A DNA stretch of 64,000 nt from Octopus vulgaris (taxonomy: Eukaryota): NCBI GenBank assembly GCA_951406725.2, contig OX597817.1:22568001-22632000 (forward strand), in the 5' to 3' direction. Under the pieces are notes generated by a model. That model saw only the letters and a program-made list of their open reading frames with translations. It had not been told where the DNA came from and made no database searches. The position numbers were made by a program, and so were the translations under genes. Below, in pieces: positions 51,054 to 64,000 of the stretch (position 1 is the stretch's first letter; each line of letters begins with the position of its first letter).

Positions 51054-52050
51054 ATTATATTACCTTAAACTAATTCGTGGCTACAAAAAAAAAAAATATA
51101 TATATATATAAATAAAAATATTCTCTTAAATTTCAAAAACTAAAAGAAGTGAACGCTCTACAATAGAATAAAGAACATAAAAAGCAAAATTTAAAAGTGC
51201 GCTGAAATATCAAATCTATATTTAGAAGTAAAGGAATTGTAACGAAGAAAGATAATATCTATAGAATAACTTACGAGATTTGTTCATGAATAAAAGGCAG
51301 TTGAAGGTCAATAAAATCCGCTTGTCTGTCTGCCTTCCTGTCTATCTGTCTGTCGATGATACTGAATTCAATAACATTGAAATGATGTATAGATTTGTCA
51401 TTTCTTTTCATTACATTGTTGCCGTTGGATTGTAGCCTTCCACGATAGTCACTGGTTGCTCATACATAAACACATACATACATCCATCAGTATATACATA
51501 TGTACATACATACAAGCATACTGCGTACACACACACACACACAAGCACACTCAAACTTACGTATGTCAGTATATATGCATGTGTACGTAATTGTAGTTGG
51601 AAATTTCGTTTCTAACACATGGATTCCAATATATGTTCACATACTAACACTATACATTCTCATTCACGCACAAAATCGCAAACATTCAGAAAGATATAGA
51701 TGCAGACAGAAAAGAATTTGTGCTTGTGTATACACACACACCCACGTATATATATATATATGTGTGTGGCAAAGAGTTTAAAAGAATAAAAATTAACGGC
51801 ATAAAGGTTTCAGTAAAAGCCGTAGATCAAATATTTATAATAGAAAGGTTGACAGATAATTCGGAGTTTTGCCGTGGGCGCCATTTCAAATTGCAATCTG
51901 TAATTTCAGTAATTAAACAGTAATTACATTTTGAAGAGTCTCCTACGGCGAAACTTCGAAGTAATTGTCAAACAAAATATGCATGTGTGTGTGTATTCTT
52001 GTGTCAGTGTATACACACATAGATATGTGATGTATGTGTATGCATGTGTG

Positions 52051-52091
<41 letters not shown>

Positions 52092-52094
52092 AAA

Positions 52095-52310
52095 GACGGT
52101 GAGTTGCCAGAATAGTTCGTACGAAGGACAAAATGTGGAGCGGTATTTCGTTCGCATATTTTTTTTATTTCGTAACTTTAAATTCCGCTGAGTTTGACTT
52201 TGCCTTTCATTCTTTCAGAGTCGATGAAATAAGTAACAACACAGCACTGGAGTCCACGTGTTCGATAAACCATTCCTCAAAATGTCAGTCCTTGTGCTTA
52301 TACTAGAAAG
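52095..52310 (+). mobile_element. SINE family A, degraded
   Basis: GCGGTATTTCG...AAATTCCGCTGAGTTTGACTTTGCCTTTCATTCTTTCAGAGTCGAT. Confidence 0.7.
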
Positions 52311-52339
52311 GTGTTTCTTTATATATATCTATATTTTTT

Positions 52340-52585
52340 TGCGCCTTTTTAAAGCCTAGCCAGGCTCATTGTCCCGGTAACCGGTTTCTATGGCATATGT
52401 GTTCCCCACTTGGATGGGACGCCAGTCTATCGCAGCGTTACTCATTTTTGCCTGCTGAGTCGACTGGAGCAACGTCAAATGAAGTGTTTTGCTCAAGAAC
52501 ACAACGCGTCGCCCGGTCCAGGAATCGAAACTACAATCTTACGATCATGGTGTTGACACCCTAACCACTAAGTCACGCGCCTCCA
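52340..52585 (-). mobile_element. SINE family D, single copy
   Basis: Aligns with 25264-25510. Confidence 0.88.
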
Positions 52586-53142
52586 GATATCTATATACAC
52601 ATGGAATTATTATATTGCAAATTTCTCCCACTTTCAGTATATTTCGTCCGTTCAAATAAATGCTTCAATATTTCCTCCCATCATTATAACTATTCAAAGG
52701 ATAAAGTTTTTACCTATTTAACATAGATCTTTTGAACAATATTCTGTGAAATATATTATGCCAAGTATTAAGAAGTATTTGCGAGAAACGGTCCGCACGT
52801 GAGATGAGTTACCCTCTGAAGGGACTTACTACACAAAAAATTCAAAGTGATATTCCATTTGGCATGCCATTCAGGGAATCTTGCGGATCGCACTTTTTCC
52901 ATGCCTGTCTTATGTCACCATAATATGTAATGTATTTTTGGGGATTAAATAGAAAACTTTTTATTCAATATTCTAAAAGTATAGCGGCTTTCCCTTTTCA
53001 AGAATTGGGAATGACTTATATATATATATATATAAACATATATATATATAAATATATATATATGATATATATATATATGTGTGTGTGTATTATATATATG
53101 TATATATATATGTATATGGATATATATGTATATATATATGTA

Positions 53143-53183
<41 letters not shown>

Positions 53184-54092
53184 ATGCGTGTGTGTGTGTG
53201 ATGTGCATGCGTGCGTGCATGTATATATGTATGTGAGTATGTGTGAGTGTGTGTGCGTATGTGTGTGGTTTATTTATACAATTTCAAGTCATGTGTATAA
53301 GCATTATATACATTCACTGATAGAGAGGGAAATCGATATAGAATTCGTTAAGGCAACCACTTCACATATGTGCACGCATACACGTGTTTCTCAGGGCACA
53401 AACATATGCACACGCACAAATATTTACATGAACATGTGTAAAATAAATTAAGTCAGGCGGAAAAATAAATATCCAATACCATTAACTTCTCAGTCAGAAT
53501 ATCTTTGATACAAAAAGCCCATTGATAGACATATTTGTAACCACCACATAAGTTATATACCTACATATATAAAATACGTAAATACATAGGGACGCAAACA
53601 CGCACATTATCTATCTCTTTATCTATCTCTCTCTATATATATATCTATAGATAAACACATACATGCATATATGCATACACACATAAGCATACATATATGC
53701 ATACACATATAAGCATACATATATGCATACACACACATATACATCTATACACATGTGTGTGTGTGTGTGTGCATAAGCATATATAGGGATATTTTTCTTC
53801 CCTTTTTATTGTTAAAATGTATTTGTATAGATGATTATGTTATGTGTTATACATATACATACATACTCCAAAGTCAATTCATGCATGATAGTTGCATGCG
53901 TATATATGTATGTATAAAAAGTGAATGGAGAAGTAATTAAATCGATCATACACATACATATATACATATACAAAGTACCATGCATTCTCATATCTATATC
54001 TATCTCTCTATCTATCATATATATATATATATATATATATATACGTACATACATATATATAGATAAATGTATATACACATATATGTTTCTCC

Positions 54093-54164
<72 letters not shown>

Positions 54165-54911
54165 ATGGTTGGATGGTTTTGTATATATGTATATATGTAT
54201 AATCGACTTAATTAGTTTTCCATTCACTTTCGCTTTGCTGTTTTATCTTAAACCAGATTCTCAATATAAATGTAGATAGATAAGAAATCATTTATGGCAT
54301 TAAGCATCAAGCGTATGAATACATCTATAAAAGGAAAACAATGATTGTCATTTTTTATTGAAAAAAATATTCTTTTGCTACATGTGTATGATATATTGAA
54401 TTTATTCAGGGTTTAGAGCAGTAGACTAAGGATTGTTGTCATAAAACAGGCCTTTCAGAATAACCACAATGAGTCACATTTCCCGTATTCTGTGGCACAA
54501 TGAGTTACTGGGAGACATCTGTTCTGTAAACAGGAGATGCCGAGACATCTATTCTGTGCGCTAGCTTATGATGCAAAAATTTCGAGAAAGCATTTGATCT
54601 CTTCCTCTGTATGCCAGTGTACAGTGATTAAGTACTCTTGATTGCGGAAAAGAAATATATCAGTGATAAATATCGGAAAATATTGTTATTTTATATATGA
54701 ATAATGAATTTAAACGTTGTAAACTGTTGCAGGGTTAATAACATAGGATTATTTTAATTACAAATGTTTGCAGCTAAAACGAATTATTTTAAATGCCTCA
54801 AGCCATTGAAGATACATTTTGAGTTTTACAGGATCTACATAACTATTTGTTAAATTATTTTTCAGTAGTCTTCAGACAAAATTCTAACTCTCTACCTTCC
54901 ACTTTCTATAC

Positions 54912-54952
<41 letters not shown>

Positions 54953-55989
54953 TCTCCACACACACGTGTATGTATACTCATTTATTATAACATTTAAAAG
55001 CACAATACTATAGTTGGAATGAAGATTCTGTGTCGAATTTCATCCAAAGAATATTCTTATTTGGAAGAATAAAAAAAAACGTTAGGGAATTAAGCAACAT
55101 AGTAGTAGGGCAAAGTAAAATGTAAACTCTAAGGGTGTAATTGTTTAGATATATAAATATATTTTAGAAGTTATAACTAAATTAGATACATGAATTTCAT
55201 GTGCGTATTCAATAGTCAGAGAAATGTGCCCAAGACATGTTTCGGATGTATTAGATTAAATTTACTTTGATTTTGTAAAAAATGTGAGCGGGATATCAAA
55301 ATTAATGTTCCTTGGCAATGTTGTAATGTTGGTCAATAACTTTATTAGTACGTGTTTTAACCATTGGGGCTGAGTAAGATTCGAGTTAATATTGTGGTAG
55401 TAAACATGAAGAAAAAATACCTAATGCATAATTTATTAGCGATCGAGTATTGGCTTGGTGAAATCTTCCACGGTGAGATTTTCTTAAAATCGACTTGGAG
55501 ATTGGGTAATAGGAATATCATCAGGAATATGGTTACAGTTACTGTTTATAAAGCATAATCATTAAGTAAATAATTATGAAATATTCATTACTTATGTATT
55601 GCTTGATCATAAGGGGTTGCCATTCAGTCTAACTGAAAAATGCCTTCAATGTAATTGTGCTTTCAGAGCAAGATATCTTATTTTGTATAAACAGTTTTAA
55701 ACGTTTGGCTTACTTTAAAATATACCTGCATTTCCTAATTCAAAGATTAATAGCTTTTCTATGACACTCAGTAACCCCCTGTCATGCAGTTTGAAATGTA
55801 TTTACATTTTGTCTCTTCACACTTAAAGTGTTTTTTAGTGAGCGTCAAACTCTTTGTTTTCTTGATAATGATGAAAGGAATGAAGTGGAACGACAAAGCA
55901 AGGAATCGAAGTTGCATTGTCAACTTAACTTTCCACGATTGCAAATTGCATTCGATTTTGTTTGTCATTTGTATATTCAATCATTACTA

Positions 55990-57700
55990 ATTGACTCATT
56001 GCAGACACGGCTCAGATATGAGTGCGTGGTTGAGAAAGCGTGATTTCGTGTTCAGTGTCACTGCGTAATACCTTCTGCAAATTTCTTCCATTATAACTTG
56101 AAACCAATGAATGTATTCTAACTGAATTTGGCAAACGGAAACTGTAGAGGTATATGACTTATTTTGGGACAATGTTATATAGGGTAGGGCCTGTTGAGGA
56201 AAAGAAGTTGGTTTTTTTGTGTATCTATGTGTTGTGAACATGATATGGGTAAGGGACGTATGGTCCATGGTCCTAGCCTTGAATGAATTCTGAAACTTAT
56301 GATGAAGACGTTTGGGTAATGCTGGTGATACATTCTCCACATCGTTCAAATTGATGTTGAAGACGTTTGGGTAATGTTGGTGGCACATACTCCTTATCGT
56401 TCAAAGTGATATTGAGGACGTTTGGTTAATGTTGGTGATACATTCTCCACATCGTTCAAATTGATGTTGAAGACGTTTGGGTAATGTTGGTGGTACATAC
56501 TCCTTATCGTTCAAAGTGATATTGAGGACGTTTGGTTAATGTTTGTGGTACATTCTCCACATCGTTCAAATTGATGTTGAAGACGTTTGGGTAATGTTGG
56601 TGGTACATACTCCTTATCGTTCAAAGTGATATTGAGGACGTTTGGTTAATGTTTGTGGTACATTCTCCACATCGTTCAAATTGATGTTGAAGACGTTTGG
56701 GTAATGTTGGTGGTACATACTCCTTATCGTTCAAAGTGATATTGAGGACGTTTGGTTAATGTTGGTGGTACATTCTCCACATCGTTCAAATTGATGTTGA
56801 AGACGTTTGGGTAATGTTGGTGGTACATACTCCTTATCGTTCAAAGTGATATTGAGGACGTTTGGTTAATGTTGGTGGTACATTCTCCACATCGTTCAAA
56901 TTGATGTTGAAGACGTTTGGGTAATGTTGGTGGTACATACTCCTTATCGTTCAAAGTGATCATTGAGGACGTTTGGTTAATGTTGGTGGTACATTCTCCA
57001 CATCGTTCAAATTGATGTTGAGAACGTTTGGGTAATGTTGGTGGTACATACTCCTTATCGTTCAAAGTGATATTGAGGACGTTTGGTTAATGTTGGTGGT
57101 ACATTCTCCACATCGTTCAAATTGATGTTGAGACGTTTGGGTAATGTTGGTGGCACATACTCCTTATCGTTCAAAGTGATATTGAGGACGTTTGGTTAAT
57201 GTTTGTGGTACATTCTCCACTTCGTTCAAATTGATGTTGAGGACGTTTGGGTAATGTTGGTGGTACATACTCCTTATCGTTCAAAGTGATATTGAGGACG
57301 TTTGGTTAATGTTGGTGGTACATTCTCCACATCGTTCAAATGATATATAGCTCACATTGGCGGTAGAGCGATTTGAGTTTGAAAGCTTTAAGGCGGTCCA
57401 AATATTTGAGATCAGTCATGCCCCTAATTATTTTAGTGAATGCCCTCTGGAGTGATTAAATTTTCGAAATGCTTTGTGTTGTATGGGGAGGCCAAAGAGG
57501 GCAGCAGTATTCGATGTGCCACTGTGCAAAGGAGAAGAAAGGAGGAATGATGATATCTTCTCTAGGCCAGAATGTTCTTAGATTCCAGGAGATCTTTCTA
57601 CGAGCTATATCGACTTCATTGTCGATGTGGGCACTCCAGCATATATTGCAGTCAACAATTACTCCTCGGTCTCTGATATTATTAGAAGTATGCATTCCTA
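55990..57700 (-). mobile_element. Decayed CR1-type LINE 3' region (RT thumb and C-terminus), interrupted by a minisatellite
   Basis: IRDRGVIVDCNICWSAHID...W.LRTF...HIEYCCPLWPPH...LQRAFTKIIRGM..L.Y.DRLK..KL.SL..Y is a typical CR1 RT C-terminus; the frame resumes after the array as ...SRLGPWTIRPLP. Confidence 0.8.
56303..57340. repeat. Higher-order minisatellite: 110-bp unit of two alternating 55-bp monomers, about 9.5 units
   Basis: CATTCTCCAC recurs at 56331, 56441, 56551, 56661, 56771, 56881, 56992, 57102, 57211 and 57321, alternating with the CATACTCCTT variant. Confidence 0.97.
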
Positions 57701-57830
57701 TACATGTGTGTATATAAATGGCAGCATAAGTATAATATGTCTACGTATGTGAGATTCGACTCTCTCCCGTCATCCTCAATGTTAAAATATCTACATTTCA
57801 ACGAATCCAACAATTGATTCATTAAATATG

Positions 57831-57882
<52 letters not shown>

Positions 57883-58704
57883 CATATATATATATATACA
57901 GACACACATTCACACACTCATATATGTCTATGTAAAAATATCTATAGAAGTAGATGCATTAAATATACATGCCTGTGTACTCTCACGCACATGTACGCGC
58001 GCGCACACACATGCATGTATGTGCGTATGTGAAAGAAAGAGGGCAAGAGAAATAGGGAAAGAAGGTGAGATAGACATAGTGGGAGAGAGTACGACAGGGA
58101 GAGAGAGAGAGAGAAAGAGAAAGAGAAAGAGACATATATTTTGTTGTATCATATATTTAACTTAGTATGTTAAAAAAAAAATCAAATAAATGTCACGTGA
58201 AAGATTATATGCCATCTATTCAACAGAGGCCTTTGTTCAACAATCCGCAATCTGCATTTCTCATTGTTTTCACAAATATCTAGAGATAACATATTTATTC
58301 TGTTAAATAATGGCCTCAATTAAAATTCTGCTTACTACACGAATATGTATATATCTCTCAATCAAAAGTCGTATAGGTTTTTCTTTTGCAATAATAAGGA
58401 ATCTTTAAAATGTAATTTGCTGTTTGTTTTGTTCCATTATATATTTCCTGAATTGTCTGTTCGTTTGTTTTTCATTTACTTATTTTAGGCGGTATATATT
58501 TCTAGGTCTCTCTCTCTATCTCTTTCTCTCTGTCTTATTCTCTTTCTTACTGTAATTCTCTCTTCCTATCCAAGCAAAACTTTTATTCTCTACTTTCCTA
58601 CATGTATATCTTTCCATATCTACCGACATATCTCATTCTATTCAACTGGCAATACGTCTGCCAATGTATCTCTCCATGAAGCCATCTCTCTTTCTACCTA
58701 CTTC

Positions 58705-58880
58705 CAGTCTATCTATCTATTTATCTCTCTATGTATCTCTCTATGTATGTATGTATGTATGTATGTATGTATGTATGTATGTATCTATCTATCTATCTAT
58801 CTATCTACCTATTTATCTATTTATCTATCTATCTACCGACCTACCTACCTACCTACCTACCTACCTACCTACCTACCTAC

Positions 58881-58928
<48 letters not shown>

Positions 58929-58960
58929 TTATCTACCTACCTACCTACCTACCTACCTAC

Positions 58961-58996
<36 letters not shown>

Positions 58997-59284
58997 TTAT
59001 CTAGTTCACTTTCTGTCTCTCTATCTGTCTTCTAACTCTCTCTCTCCCTGTCTGACAGTCATTCTGTACTTCTCCATGATCTTTTTATTTCTCTTTCTTT
59101 GTCTACTACATGCCTCTACCTGTGTATGAAATTTGTTAGCTACCTACACATGGCTCTACCTATCTATCTACCTATACACCTACCTACCTACCTACCTACC
59201 TATTTATTTTATGTATCTATCTATTTTCTCACTCTGACAGGATAAAAATGCACGTGCATGTGTGTATTATGTAGGAATGTGTGT

Positions 59285-59377
<93 letters not shown>

Positions 59378-59482
59378 CATATACATATACATTTATAGAT
59401 ATACATGCACATATACAATGCATATATATATGTATATATATATATATTTTTATCTATACATATGCATATATATATATGGATA

Positions 59483-59521
<39 letters not shown>

Positions 59522-59621
59522 TATATATATGCATATGTATATATATACTATGTACATGTATGTATGTGTGTGTATGTATTTATGTATGCAGATATGTATG
59601 TATGCACATATATATGTGCAT

Positions 59622-59660
<39 letters not shown>

Positions 59661-59670
59661 TATATAAGTG
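58705..59670. repeat. Compound (TATC)/(TATG)/(TACC)/(TA) microsatellites
   Basis: Directly visible. Confidence 0.95.
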
Positions 59671-60211
59671 TAATGATGTAGAGGTATATGAATGTCTGAG
59701 ATTTTGCTGTATTCCATAATGTATGAATTTTTGATGCGTATATATTTTTATGGATTTTGTTTCGAGCATCCTCATTGTCTGTTGTCTTTCCCTTTCTCTA
59801 ATCAAAGATATAATCTTTTCTGTGTCTCTTCCCGTTTCCGTATTCCTCGTTCTTTGTTTCAGAATTTCTTTACAGTAAGGTTTTGCAAATATATGCAATT
59901 TTCTAAAAGTTTTATACACTTTCGTAGCAAATGATAAAGATTGTTTATATTTTTTATGCGTATTAATGTCTGCTCATGAATGCGCGCCTGCGCGCCCGCA
60001 TAAGATTGTCTGCGAGAGTTCGGGCCTGTATGTACGCATGTGAAAATCTGATACATAATATTTATCAGTTAAATCACTATTTTGTGTTCTGTCGATTTAG
60101 AACCAAAACAGCCCCATCACCACGACCACGACCACTACCGACACTGCGGTGCATATATGCTCATGCACAGACAATATATCTAAAGTATATCTATATGACT
60201 CTTTCTCTGTG

Positions 60212-60291
<80 letters not shown>

Positions 60292-60443
60292 AACATACAC
60301 GTGTGTATAAGATATATTTTTCATATGTATATATATATAAATATATATAAATAAAAATTTAATAAGGGTAGAAATTGATATTAATCAATTAAAACCAGTG
60401 GCCCAGCATATTAAAGAATTCCGAAGATTAAAATATTTTTACA

Positions 60444-60700
60444 TACAAAATTTAAAGGACTGACCACTAAGTGGACGGTCAACATGCTAGATATAGACGT
60501 GAAATCGTTATTTTCCACAAAGAATATGTTCAAATAAAACTCAGCACAAACCAAATCATTTTCATTAGCCTTGTTTATTTTTAATGCTTTGGTTTGTGCT
60601 GAGTTTTTATTTGAGAACATAGTCTGTGTGGAAAATAGCGATTTGACGTCTATATCTAGCATGTTGACCGTCCACTTTTAGTGGTCAGTCCTTTAAATTT

Positions 60701-60704
<4 letters not shown>
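60444..60704. mobile_element. Fold-back/MITE-like palindrome
   Basis: Arms 60444-60560 and 60583-60704 are near-perfect reverse complements; bounded by TA. Confidence 0.75.
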
Positions 60705-60739
<35 letters not shown>

Positions 60740-60932
60740 TCAGAAACTACTCTCTGGGTGCAGGCTTAGCTGGGTGGAGGTGCTTTTCTCCTCCTTGTAA
60801 ACATAAGGACACAGGAAATGTATCAAGGCCGACAGGAAGCGTTGATGCTTCCTAGGGCTAAATAGCAGTGATGTGATTCGCTTCATGGGACTGTCACATA
60901 AAGTTGACAGTATACAACTACTCTCTCTCTCA

Positions 60933-60978
<46 letters not shown>

Positions 60979-61044
60979 GCAGAAAACAAAGTGATCTAAG
61001 TCACATGGATAGATATATAGGTAAAACTGAAGTTGAAAAGGCAT

Positions 61045-61560
61045 TGAGAATAGTTAAGATATTTTTTATTTAATATATTTAAAGCTTTAACCGGCTTCAC
61101 AGTTTTCACTGATTTTCAAGAGGTTCAAATAGAAAGACGTGGTTTATATCACAGCTGTTTTTCTTCTGACTAGTGTTTCAGCTTGCCCTATTTTTATAAG
61201 GAATTCATGGCTCAAATAAGTATATGTCTTGAATAGGATTTGATCAGTAGAGGATAGTCACATGAATAGTCTTAGAAAATTTTGTAGGTTCACAGCTACT
61301 AGCTCGTAGCTGTAGCAGAAACTTACTAAAAATTTCTAAGACCAGTCATGTGACTATCTTCTACCAATCAAATCTTATTCAAAACATGCACTAATTTGAG
61401 CCATGAACTCCCTATAAATTAAGGGCAGGCTTCAAACTCTAGTGAGAAGCAAGACAGCTACGACATAAACACGTCTTTCTATCTGAACATTTGGAAAATC
61501 AGTGTAAACTGTGAAACCGTTTAAAGTTCTAAATATATTAATTAAAATATCTTAACTTTT
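61045..61560. mobile_element. Non-coding fold-back element (inverted Penelope pLTR-like arms) with a hammerhead-like motif in each arm
   Basis: Arms of about 250 bp are reverse complements centred near 61300; same family as 46848-47262. Confidence 0.78.
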
Positions 61561-62189
61561 ATTTTTTCTGTACTCACGTACGCACACACTTACACACACG
61601 TACACACATATTCATATGTATATACATATATAACATGTATACATATATGTATGTTTATCTGTATTTATTTGTATATATATATATATATATATGTACATGT
61701 ATCGGTATGAATATTTTCTATCATTCAACCATGGTAGTGGTTGAATATATTTTTAAGTCCACCATTTCGTCAATCGCAGCAGCTTTCAAGCTTCACCACT
61801 AATTCAGTTTCAGCTAAATTGCAAACTGTTAATAGTTTTAAAGAGGACACCTTCTCAGCTTCACTTTGGCATAAATGGTTTGAGATTTGGTTCAGTAGAA
61901 AAATAATTACATCAAAATATGTTAAACCTGAAGGTGGGCAGTAAGGCAGATGATCATATTCAATTAACCTAAATTTTAAAATTTTAAAATAAAAGTATAC
62001 TTTTCTTAGGCTTAGCTGATAGAAAAATGCATGACGAAATCAGAATCGTTAGTCGCATTGAACCAGTAGAAAAATAGTTATAAGGTAAAATGTCATGAAA
62101 TTTAATGTCAGTAGGTGAGGAAGTAAGAAGTAATACCCCAAGCAATAAGTATAAAGAATATATTTCTAAAATGAATGCTTATATTCTAA

Positions 62190-62310
62190 GGCAACAAGCT
62201 GGTAGAAACGCTAGCGCGCCGGGCAATATGCTTATCGTTATGTTGTCTGTCTTTATGTTTTGAGTTCAAATTTCGCAGAGTTCGACTTTGCCTTTTATCC
62301 ATTTCGGATC
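62190..62310 (+). mobile_element. SINE family A, 3'-truncated
   Basis: AAGCTGGTAGAAACGCTAGCGCGCCGGGC...GAGTTCAAATTTCGCAGAGTTCGACTTTGCCTTT. Confidence 0.75.
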
Positions 62311-64000
62311 TATTCAATTTGACGTACAAGTTATTTAATTAATACTTTTTAACTAAACAGTTTGAAACGTCCGATACTTGTAAACTTTGTCACATAGAAC
62401 AGGGTTTACTGTTAACCTTTTTGACAAAATTTTGTATTTTAGAAGCTATTTCGTCAGAAGTTACAGAGTGACAATGGACAAATTCGTGTTTGATAAGTGT
62501 CAATACACGAAACTCTCAGCTTTTGACTTACTCTCTAACCTCTGCCGATGATATATACACATATTACATATATGTGTAAAAAGATCTCATCATGCAATCG
62601 AACCAATGAAAGAGCCTCTGCTTGGTCGCTCGACACACTAAAGGTAGCAGCCAAAATGTCCCCCTACATAAATCACACGCCCATAGTAAGTAATGTCCTA
62701 GATTATCCCTAAAATGACGGGTTGCTGAAGGCTGGAATGTCTTTGATGATAGGTTTGCAGTATCAGCGTTTATTTGAAGCTAAATAACAGCATTATGGTA
62801 AATTTCAATATTAGCACCCGCACGATTTTCACTAAGAAAGAAATTTTGATGTTTTGCGTGGAATCAAGTACCCTGACCTCCTAATATGCTGCAAATAACT
62901 TATTTTAGTTTGGAAAAGATGAGGGTTGTCCTCCCAATCCCGGAATCATTGGAAATTGTTTTTCATGAAATAAATTCCTGTGATCTCCGAATTTTGCAAA
63001 ATTAGGCTACTGAAGGTGAGCCTGGTAACTGGTTTTGGGGTCTTGTTGTTTGTAAGTTTTGGTGAACCATGGTGCAACTAACAACATGATAAAAATCTCT
63101 GGCATTAATTTGGTGTGGATGGGTAATATCAAATAATTCAATCACAACATATATTTAAATTATACATGAAAATATTGCAATATTATCACCATTTACATGG
63201 AAGAATTGAAATATTATCTTTCAGTACTTTATAAGGTAAAATCTTAAATTATTAATTAAAACATTAATCATCTTATAACAGCAATGCCTGGAAAAGTCAT
63301 GAATTACATGGAAAAATGCGAGCATGAAAAGTAATATTCTTAACATTATAAACCTGGAAATGTACAAGTATAGAACAAGCTATTACTTCTAGTAAAGTAA
63401 AGAATAAAAAGGTTTTTACTTAAAATATTGCAGCTAAAATTAAAATTTGAATATTAAAACTTATTTTATTATAGTTTACAAATAACACTCTACCTATTGA
63501 AGTAGAATTTGGCTAATTTACTACCTTAAATACACAATAAAGTGACTAATTGGCTGAACAGCTTTGTAAATTTAAAACATGAGAACTGTAAAGAGTGATT
63601 AAGTGGAAGAACTGGTATTATTTGCTGCAATATTTTAAGTAAAATGTTTCTTATTGTTTACTTTACTAGAAGTAATAGCATCTTTTACAGGTGTAATAAC
63701 TTGCCCTGTACTTTTCCAGGTTTATAATCTTAAGAATATTACTTTCTATGCTCGCATTTTCCCATGTAATATAAATGTGTGTGTTTGTGCCTGTGTGTGT
63801 TATATAGATAGTAAAAGCCTTAATATTGGTGATGGTTTTACATTTACTCTTTCACTACAATTGTTTCAATAATACATGATTTAGACACTTAATGTATATA
63901 AATATGTAATATCACAACATATTACACAAGTATTTGCATTCATGATGTGTCTAAATCAAGTATTGTTGAAACGATTGTAATGAAGGTATAAGTGAAATGG

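Noticed and set aside
56841-57065. Repeat peptide DKEYVPPTLPKR resembling SH2/SH3-binding motifs
   Set aside because: The 55-bp monomer is not a multiple of 3 and shifts frame every unit; the sequence is explained as an alternative frame of CR1-derived DNA.
56303-57340. CRISPR-like regular array
   Set aside because: No unique spacers: the whole 110-bp unit repeats. There are no cas genes and the context is eukaryotic.
62490-62520. TTGATAA-GTGT-CAAT-ACAC-GAAAC, another U3:A8 hammerhead-like core
   Set aside because: No stem I pairing and no U at position 16.1; better explained by a local hairpin TTCGTGT...ACACGAA.
62880-63130. Possible host exon on the minus strand
   Set aside because: Frames are interrupted by stops; no recognisable domain or convincing splice pair.

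Overview
AT-rich, repeat-dense eukaryotic DNA with no recognisable host protein-coding exon (intergenic or intronic). The SINE families and microsatellite load strongly suggest an octopus or other coleoid cephalopod (inference). The window is a mosaic of: at least four tRNA-derived SINE families, several with clean 12-16 bp target-site duplications (TSDs); about ten 3' fragments of restriction-like-endonuclease (R4/Dong-type) non-LTR retrotransposons that abut (TAA)n-type microsatellites; fragments of RTE, CR1, mariner, Gypsy (integrase, PPT, LTR), L1/Tx1-like ORF1 and Penelope-like (GIY-YIG) elements; and many simple repeats, which produce most of the ORF track as artefacts. The most notable signal is a set of eight minimal type I hammerhead-ribozyme-like motifs. 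Their core consensus is the compensatory variant UUGAAAA (U3:A8 instead of C3:G8) and they have palindromic, dimer-type stem III. They lie at the 3' ends of both Penelope fragments and in both arms of three non-coding fold-back elements. Also notable are a 55/110-bp higher-order minisatellite born inside a dead CR1 LINE and a tandem ORF1-only element nested in a Gypsy relic. All calls are by eye; boundaries of degraded elements are approximate.
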